From Armatimonadota bacterium (lineage in GTDB: Bacteria > Armatimonadota > SYMT01), in NCBI GenBank assembly GCA_046292385.1, contig JBKBRF010000022.1, positions 32,001 through 96,000 on the forward strand: a DNA stretch of 64,000 bases, in the 5' to 3' direction. The notes beneath the pieces are model-generated. The model made no database searches and had not been told where the DNA came from. It saw nothing but the letters and a program-made list of their open reading frames with translations. Each line of letters starts with the position of its first letter. Positions within the stretch are counted from its first letter, which is position 1. The position numbers were made by a program, and so were the translations under genes. Shown piece after piece: positions 57,871 through 64,000 of this stretch.

Positions 57871-59559
57871 ATGGACGGCGTGGAGTCGACGGGGACTACC
57901 ATCGGAATTCTGCTGGCCGGCGTCGCCGTGGTGGTGGGGGGAGTGCTGCTCCTCCGTCTCCACGCGTTCCTGGCGCTGCTGCTCGGCGCGCTGCTGGTGG
58001 GAGCGCTCACCCCGCCGGGAGCGGTGGAGCGGTTCGCGCTGGAGAAGGACGCCCTGAAGATCCTGGGCACCGACCCCGGAGCACGCTCCGTCACGCTGCC
58101 CGCCGCAGATCCCCAGGCAATCCCGGTCGGCACTCCGTTCCTGCTGGTCCGCCGGAGTTCCGCGACCGGTCGCTACGAGGCGGTGGCGCGGCTCGCGGTG
58201 GAGCGACACGTCAGCGACGGAGCTGGCAAGACCGGGGCGGTGGCGCGGATCGAGGGAGACGGCGTGCTCCCCGCGCCGCGCGACCTGGTGGTGCCCCCCT
58301 ACGCCCTGGCCCGCGCCCGCAAGGCGGTCGACCAATCGGTCGGCGAGCGCGTCGCGGCCGGCTTCGGCGGCACGGCCACGAGTATCGGCATCCTGATCGC
58401 CATGGCCTCCATCGTGGGCCTCTGCTTGCTGCAGAGCGGCGCCGCCGACCGCATCGTCCGCACCGCGCTGCGGCTTACCGGCGAGGCGGGAGCGCCGCTC
58501 GCGTTCCTCCTCAGCGGCTTCCTGCTCGGCGTGCCGGTCTTCTTCGATACCGTCTTCTACCTGATGATCCCCCTGGGTAAAGCGCTCGGGATGCGGACCG
58601 GCCGCTGTTACCTCTTCTACGTCCTCACCATCGTCGCGGGCGGCACGATGGCGCACTCCCTTGTGCCCCCCACCCCCGGGCCGCTTTTCGTGGCGGAGCA
58701 GCTCAACGTCAGCATCGGGGCGATGATGGTGGCGGGGACGGTGGTCGGTCTCGCCTCCAGCGCCTTCGGCTACTTCTTCGCTAGGCTCGCCAACGAGCGC
58801 TGGCCGGTGCCGCTCCGCGACTCCCTGGAGATGCCGCTGGAGCAGCTCCAGGCCCTCTCGAAGCGCGCGGAGCACGAGCTGCCGCCGTTCTGGCTGGCGG
58901 TAATCCCGATCGTGCTGCCGGTGGTGCTGCTCGGCGGATCCGCGATGGCGGAGGCGGCCGGCTGGGAGCCGTCCGCGCCGCTGCGGCCGTGGGTGCAGGC
59001 CGGCTCCGATAAGAACATCGCGCTCGCGCTCGCCGCCCTGATCGCCCTGCTGACGCTGGCCTGGCAGCGCCGGCCTTCCCGTGAGGAGCTCTCGGAGTCG
59101 GTCCGAGGCGCGGTGACCAGCGCCGGGGAGATCATTCTGATCACCGCCGCGGGCGGCGCCTTTGGAGCGGTGCTGCAGCAGACCGGCGTGGCCGGGCTCG
59201 TCTCGGAGCTGCCGCGCAGCTCTCCCGCGGTGCTGCTGACCCTGGCGTTCCTGATCACCACGGCGATCCGCACCGCCCAGGGCTCCGCCACCGTCGCCAT
59301 GATCACCGCCGTCGGCGTGCTCTCCGGCCTCGCCGCGGACGGGCTCGGCTTCCACCCGGTCTACCTGGCGCTGGCGATCGGCTGCGGCTCCAAGCCGATT
59401 GCCTGGATGAACGACAGCGGCTTCTGGGTCATCACCCGCATGAGCGGCATGACCGAGGCGGAGAGCCTGCGCTCCGTCACGCCGATGACCGCCCTGATGG
59501 GCGTGGTCGGGCTGCTCGTCACCCTCGTCCTCGCCACCCTCTTCCCGACGCCGTTTTAG
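57871..59559 (+). CDS. GntP/gluconate permease family transporter
   Basis: LHAFLALL, SGAADRI, VFFD, PPTPGP, ITAAGGAFG, AQGSATVA, NDSGFWV. Confidence 0.92.
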   Translation: MDGVESTGTTIGILLAGVAVVVGGVLLLRLHAFLALLLGALLVGALTPPGAVERFALEKDALKILGTDPGARSVTLPAADPQAIPVGTPFLLVRRSSATGRYEAVARLAVERHVSDGAGKTGAVARIEGDGVLPAPRDLVVPPYALARARKAVDQSVGERVAAGFGGTATSIGILIAMASIVGLCLLQSGAADRIVRTALRLTGEAGAPLAFLLSGFLLGVPVFFDTVFYLMIPLGKALGMRTGRCYLFYVLTIVAGGTMAHSLVPPTPGPLFVAEQLNVSIGAMMVAGTVVGLASSAFGYFFARLANERWPVPLRDSLEMPLEQLQALSKRAEHELPPFWLAVIPIVLPVVLLGGSAMAEAAGWEPSAPLRPWVQAGSDKNIALALAALIALLTLAWQRRPSREELSESVRGAVTSAGEIILITAAGGAFGAVLQQTGVAGLVSELPRSSPAVLLTLAFLITTAIRTAQGSATVAMITAVGVLSGLAADGLGFHPVYLALAIGCGSKPIAWMNDSGFWVITRMSGMTEAESLRSVTPMTALMGVVGLLVTLVLATLFPTPF

Positions 59560-59616
59560 GGACCGCTGCCCCGCGGGTAGGTCCCATGCAGCGGCGAGCC
59601 AGGAAGTGAGGCGGGC

Positions 59617-59886
59617 ATGGGGATCCGAGAGACGCTGGAGCGAGTAGCCGAGGCGGTGACGCGCCACGAGCACGGAGAGGTGGGAGACGGGGAGCGGGAA
59701 GCCGACGCTGGCGCACGCGAGATCGATCCGACCGCCGGGACGGCCCGGTTCGGCGTGCTGCCGCTCTCCAGCCCGCCGGTTGACCCCAGCCTGGAGGAGA
59801 GCCGGGAGACGGTGCTCCCGGCCAGCGAGAATCCCCAGGGAATGGATCGAGACGCCGACGGCTTCCCTCGATCCGAAGGAGGCTAG
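59617..59886 (+). CDS. Small acidic hypothetical protein
   Basis: ATG with GAGG RBS; fills the gap between genes. Confidence 0.45.
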   Translation: MGIRETLERVAEAVTRHEHGEVGDGEREADAGAREIDPTAGTARFGVLPLSSPPVDPSLEESRETVLPASENPQGMDRDADGFPRSEGG

Positions 59887-59924
59887 CAGGCTCGCGGCCT
59901 GCCAGCCATTCGCCAGCGCATCGA

Positions 59925-60947
59925 TCAGCTTCTCGAGCCGACCGACGCCTTCACGATCTGCGGAGCGGCGGGCACCAGCGTGGCCGCCTGCTTCTGGTAC
60001 TTCTGGTCCGAGTCGTAGACCACGAAGAGGTTGGTGAGCGGCCGGCCCGGCACCACGCGGGTCTTCCCCTGGTGGTAGAGACCGGTCGAGTCCCCGCCGT
60101 CCAGCGCCATCGCGTCGACCGCTCCCAGGCTCCGCATCACGCTCGCCAGCTCCCGCAGCAGGAGCGGACGCTGCACCGCCACCAACAGCAGCTTGCCCTG
60201 CTTCGTGAGGCCCAGCGCGGCGCGCTTCTTGCGGCGGAAGACCGCCGGGTCGCGGAAGCCCTCTGCTTCCGGAGCCAGGCTCCGCTTTCCGTCCGTGAGC
60301 AGGCGCGGACCGGCACGAAGCATCGTCTCCGCCTGGGCGCCGGTGTAGGTGCGGCCCGGTCGCCACGTCTCGATCTTCGCCCCGCGGTCCGGGTGATAGG
60401 TGAAGACGGTGCCGACGAACCCCTGGTGGATCATCTGGCCGCCGACGACGATACTGCCCACCGGCACCGCCGAGGTGGTGCAGAAGTAGGTCCCGGTGAT
60501 CGCCGCGACCGGCCGGGTGCGGCTGATCATGGACGACCACGTATCGCGATACCCGATGCCGTACTTGCTCGTCGCGATACCGAGGTGCACTTCCGGCCGC
60601 CGCAGGTCGGCGTGCACCACGTGGACCGGCACCCCGGCGGCCCAGCGCTTCTGGTACACCACCGCCGGCTGCGGCTTGACGGGCCGGGACGGCTTCTTCG
60701 CGACGTTCGGCTTCTTCGCGACGTTCGGCTTCTTGTCCGGTGCGGGCTTCGAGCTCGCCGGAGCGGTCTTCGCTGCTTTGGGTGCCGGCTTTGCCTTCGC
60801 GGGGGGCGAGTCGGCCCGGGCAGACGGGGAAGCCGTGATCTGCCGCAGCAGCGCGCGCCCCTGGGGAGAGAGGATATATCCAGTCGGAAGCGCCAGCGCG
60901 GCAAGCGCCAGCGCCTTCGCGATGAGAGAGCAGTTTGAGTACCGCAT
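59925..60947 (-). CDS. Exported phosphodiester glycosidase (NAGPA/DUF2233-like) family protein
   Basis: AAITGTYF, AGPRLL, RAALG, AMALDGGDST; N-terminal anchor and Pro/Lys linker. Confidence 0.85.
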   Translation of the reverse strand: MRYSNCSLIAKALALAALALPTGYILSPQGRALLRQITASPSARADSPPAKAKPAPKAAKTAPASSKPAPDKKPNVAKKPNVAKKPSRPVKPQPAVVYQKRWAAGVPVHVVHADLRRPEVHLGIATSKYGIGYRDTWSSMISRTRPVAAITGTYFCTTSAVPVGSIVVGGQMIHQGFVGTVFTYHPDRGAKIETWRPGRTYTGAQAETMLRAGPRLLTDGKRSLAPEAEGFRDPAVFRRKKRAALGLTKQGKLLLVAVQRPLLLRELASVMRSLGAVDAMALDGGDSTGLYHQGKTRVVPGRPLTNLFVVYDSDQKYQKQAATLVPAAPQIVKASVGSRS

Positions 60948-61049
60948 CGAGCCTCCGGACCAGGTAAATCCGGGCTCTCTACGGTAAGGGGACGGCAGAG
61001 GAAGTGCAGCCGAGCGCCGCACCCTACCGGATGGTAAGCTGCGGTCTCT

Positions 61050-61180
61050 CTTCTCTTCCGTGCCTGCGAGGTTAGCTGACGGGCTCGAGCAGAAGAGTAC
61101 TCGTCCACCGGCAAGCCGGCAGATACGCCCCAGGGTTGGTTCCCCCGCCTCCCTACCGGGAGCTCGGCGCCTGGTTGTAA
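61050..61180 (-). ncRNA. c-di-AMP (ydaO/yuaA) riboswitch
   Basis: Minus strand GCGCCGAGCTCC..GGAGGCGGGGGAACCAA..TGGGGCGTATC...GAGCCCGTCAGCTAACCTCGCAGGC matches ydaO conserved blocks; 5' UTR of 59925-60947. Confidence 0.85.
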
Positions 61181-61383
61181 ACCGGGCACGGCTGGCCGCC
61201 GCGTCCGGGCTATCGTATCCTGATGGTTGACACTATCTTAGACGCGAAAACGCCTCCCTGCGTTCCTACCTTCCCTCAGGCCGCCGCTCGGGCCGCTATC
61301 CGTACCGATCCGGGATGTCCCTCGTTCATGTGTGAGGGCCCGGCGAGTGGTAGTGCCGGAGCCTTGCGAGGAGGAGCCAAGCC

Positions 61384-61986
61384 ATGACCGTGGAAGACGT
61401 GCTTCAATGGGCCATCCCGGATCCCAGCCTCTGCCGGGAGCGGGCCGACCTGCTGCGGGCGGAGCACCCCGGCTACACCGACGAGCAGCTCGCGTGGGTG
61501 GCCGTGAAGGCGACCCGCCGCTGGGCCGTCCTGGCCGGCGCTGCCTCCGGGGCGGTGGCCAACCCGCTGATCATGGCGCCCGCCTCGATGGCGGAAGTCG
61601 GCTACGTCCTGCGGGAAGAAGGCAAGCTGGCCGGGGTGATCGCGGCGATCATGGACCCGGACAGCCTGAGAGAGATCGACACCTTCCACGGCGACATCCT
61701 GAGCGTCCTCTTCCCCGGCGCCGTCAGCCAGCTCCTGCAGCAGCTCGGCGTACGCGGAGGACAGGTCGGCACGAAGACGCTCATCCGCAACGTCCTGAGC
61801 AAGGGCCTGATCCGGCAGCTCCTCCGGCTCGCCGCCCGCTTCCTCAAGATCCGCATCACGCAGAAGGCGATCGCCTCCAAGATGCTCCCGGTCATCGGCG
61901 GCGGCATCGGCGCCGCGTGGAACTGGAACGAAGTGCAGTCGGTCGGCCGCCGCGCCATCCGCTACCACCGCCGGCGTCGAGTGTAG
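61384..61986 (+). CDS. EcsC-like family protein
   Basis: AGAASGA N-terminal helix; C-terminal KMLPVIGGGIGAAWN...VGRRAIRY. Confidence 0.7.
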   Translation: MTVEDVLQWAIPDPSLCRERADLLRAEHPGYTDEQLAWVAVKATRRWAVLAGAASGAVANPLIMAPASMAEVGYVLREEGKLAGVIAAIMDPDSLREIDTFHGDILSVLFPGAVSQLLQQLGVRGGQVGTKTLIRNVLSKGLIRQLLRLAARFLKIRITQKAIASKMLPVIGGGIGAAWNWNEVQSVGRRAIRYHRRRRV

Positions 61987-62221
61987 CGGGAGGCGGGCCG
62001 GGCGGTTAAGCGAGCCGGGCGGTTAATGAGAGTCTGCGGTTCACTCTTCGACGGCAGGCCCCACCTGTCGCCAACAGGGCGTCCGGAGGACGCTTGGCCG
62101 AAGGCCGACGAGCGAGGTATTTTAATGCCTCGCGGCCCCGCGAGCGTCTGACCCCACTTCGTGCCTTGGTTGCCGCGGTTTCAACCGCCCGACCACCCGA
62201 CCCTACCCTCACTCTCTGGAA

Positions 62222-63232
62222 ATGCACGTTCTCCTCATCGGCGGCACCCGCTTTGTCGGCTACTTCCTCACCTGGCGCCTGCTCGCGGGCGGACACCGGG
62301 TGACGCTGCTCAACCGCGGCACCCTGGCGGACCCGTTTGGGGAGCGCGTGGAGCGGCTGCACGTCGACCGCCGCAGTCCCGCCTTTGCCGGGGCGCTGGC
62401 GGGGCGCAGCTTCGACGCGGTGGTCGACTTCGCCGCGTACGACGCCGCCGACGCCCGGGGGGCGGTCGAGGCGCTCCGCGGGCGCGTGGGGCACTACCTC
62501 TTCATCAGCACGGGGCAGGTCTACCTGGTGCGCCAGGGAGCGCCGCGGCCGGCGCGGGAGGCGGATTACGACGGACCCCTGCTCCCGGAGCCGGCCGATC
62601 CGAGAGATCGCGACGGCTGGATTTACGGGGTGGAGAAGCGCGCGGCGGAGGAGTTGCTCGCCGCGGCGTGGGAGGAGCACCAGTTCCCCGCCACGCGGCT
62701 GCGCATCCCGATGGTCAACGGGGAGCGCGACTACTACCGCCGGATCGAGAGCTACCTCTGGCGGCTGTTGGATGGCGGCCCGGTGCTGCTCCCGGATGGC
62801 GGCACGCAGGTCTGCCGGCACGTCTACGGCCAGGAGGTGGCGCGCCTGGCGGCGGGCATCCTCGGCAGTCCGCGCACCTTCGGCCAGGCGTACAACCTCT
62901 GCCAGCAGGAGGAAGTGACCGTCGCCGAGGCGGTCCGGCTCCTCGCCGAGATCCTCGGATCGAGCGCGCCGCTCGTGCCGATCCCCGCGGAGCAGCTCCG
63001 CGGAGCGGGAATCGAGCCGGTGGAGATCTCCCCCTTCAGCGGGCGCTGGATGTCCCACCTCGACCCTACCCGCGCGCAGCAGGAGCTCGGGTTCACCCAC
63101 CGTCCGCTCCGCTCCTACTACGAGTCGATCGTCAGCAGCTTCCTCGCCCACCCACCCTCCGATCGCCCCGCCGGCTACGCGCACCGGGCGACGGAGCTGG
63201 CACTGCTCCAGGGGCTAGGGGCTAGGGGCTAG
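62222..63232 (+). CDS. NAD-dependent epimerase/dehydratase family protein
   Basis: IGGTRFVG, LNRG, YLFIST, YGVEK. Confidence 0.9.
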   Translation: MHVLLIGGTRFVGYFLTWRLLAGGHRVTLLNRGTLADPFGERVERLHVDRRSPAFAGALAGRSFDAVVDFAAYDAADARGAVEALRGRVGHYLFISTGQVYLVRQGAPRPAREADYDGPLLPEPADPRDRDGWIYGVEKRAAEELLAAAWEEHQFPATRLRIPMVNGERDYYRRIESYLWRLLDGGPVLLPDGGTQVCRHVYGQEVARLAAGILGSPRTFGQAYNLCQQEEVTVAEAVRLLAEILGSSAPLVPIPAEQLRGAGIEPVEISPFSGRWMSHLDPTRAQQELGFTHRPLRSYYESIVSSFLAHPPSDRPAGYAHRATELALLQGLGARG

Positions 63233-63409
63233 GGTGTAAGGTGTCGAGCTCGAAAGGCGGCCGGTGCTTGCCGAGGGCAGAGTCGACCTCGGGAGGTGCG
63301 GTTTCATCCCTCATCCCTCCGCCCTCATCCTTTCTTGACACCCCCCGGGGCCGATGGTAAGGTGGCCGCACTCGTAGTACCGTTCGATTCCATAGCAGGA
63401 GGCCCCGCC

Positions 63410-64000
63410 ATGCCCGCTCAGAGCCGCTGGCCCGCCGGATGGCAGACCGTCCTCGAGCAGAAGCTGCTTCGCAAGGTAGACAAGCCCGCCCGCTACTCCG
63501 GGGGCGAGTGGAACATCGTCGTCAAGGACTGGGACCGGACCGATCTCAAGTTCGTGGTGCTCTACCCGGACACGTACGAGCTGGGGATGTCCAACCTGGC
63601 GATCCAGATCGTCTACGACATGGTCAACCGCCGCGACGACGCCCTCTGCGAGCGCGCCTTCTGCCCGTGGGTCGACATGGAAGCGCTGATGCGAGAGCAT
63701 CAGGTGCCGCTCTACGGCCTCGAGTCGCGCCACCCGCTGAACGAGTTCGACGTCGTCGGCTTCTCGCTCGGCTACGAGCAGACTTACACCAATATCCTGA
63801 CGGTCCTCGACCTCGGCGGCATCCCGCTCACCACGGACGCGCGCGGCGATGACGATCCGATCGTCCTCGCGGGCGGGAACTGCGTCTTCAACCCGGAGCC
63901 GGTGGCGGACTTCATCGACTGCTTCCTGATCGGGGAGTGCGAGGAGGTGCTCACGGAGTTCCTCGACACGGTGAAGGCGACCCGCGGGCTGCCCCGGGCG
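63410..64000 (+). CDS. TIGR03960-family B12-binding radical SAM protein; 3' partial (absent from ORF track)
   Basis: VDKPARYSGGEWN, YPDTYELGMSNL, CERAF, FDVVGFSLGYE, LDLGGIP; AGGAGG RBS. Confidence 0.88.
   Translation, partial: MPAQSRWPAGWQTVLEQKLLRKVDKPARYSGGEWNIVVKDWDRTDLKFVVLYPDTYELGMSNLAIQIVYDMVNRRDDALCERAFCPWVDMEALMREHQVPLYGLESRHPLNEFDVVGFSLGYEQTYTNILTVLDLGGIPLTTDARGDDDPIVLAGGNCVFNPEPVADFIDCFLIGECEEVLTEFLDTVKATRGLPRA

Noticed and set aside
62085..62190. Structured ncRNA upstream of the epimerase
   Set aside because: The short palindromes (GCGAGGTATTTTAATGCCTCGC, GCGGTTTCAACCGC) look like isolated REP-type remnants; no recognisable RNA family.

Overview
GC-rich bacterial chromosomal window with about 58 CDS and no rRNA, tRNA or CRISPR array. 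The gene content (SLH protein, many secreted PQQ-like beta-propellers, TIGR03960 radical SAM) suggests Armatimonadota or a similar lineage; this is inference only. The main candidate for an undescribed system is a ~22 kb co-oriented minus-strand cluster (12478-34608). It encodes an EhpF/GriC-like adenylating enzyme, a GriD-like ALDH-fold reductase, an Fe-ADH, a chorismate-lyase-like protein, a HemN-like radical SAM enzyme, a GT4 glycosyltransferase, MFS and SSS transporters, five secreted PQQ-like beta-propellers and myo-inositol oxygenase. The ORF track also misses two thioredoxin-fold genes with an in-frame UGA in a UxxC motif (probable selenoproteins) and a c-di-AMP (ydaO) riboswitch ahead of an exported phosphodiester glycosidase. 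Other features are a Y1/RAYT-type transposase with REP-like repeats, several other REP-like doublets, heptamer tandem arrays and a possible small RNA. All family assignments come from motifs recognised by eye; no searches were run.
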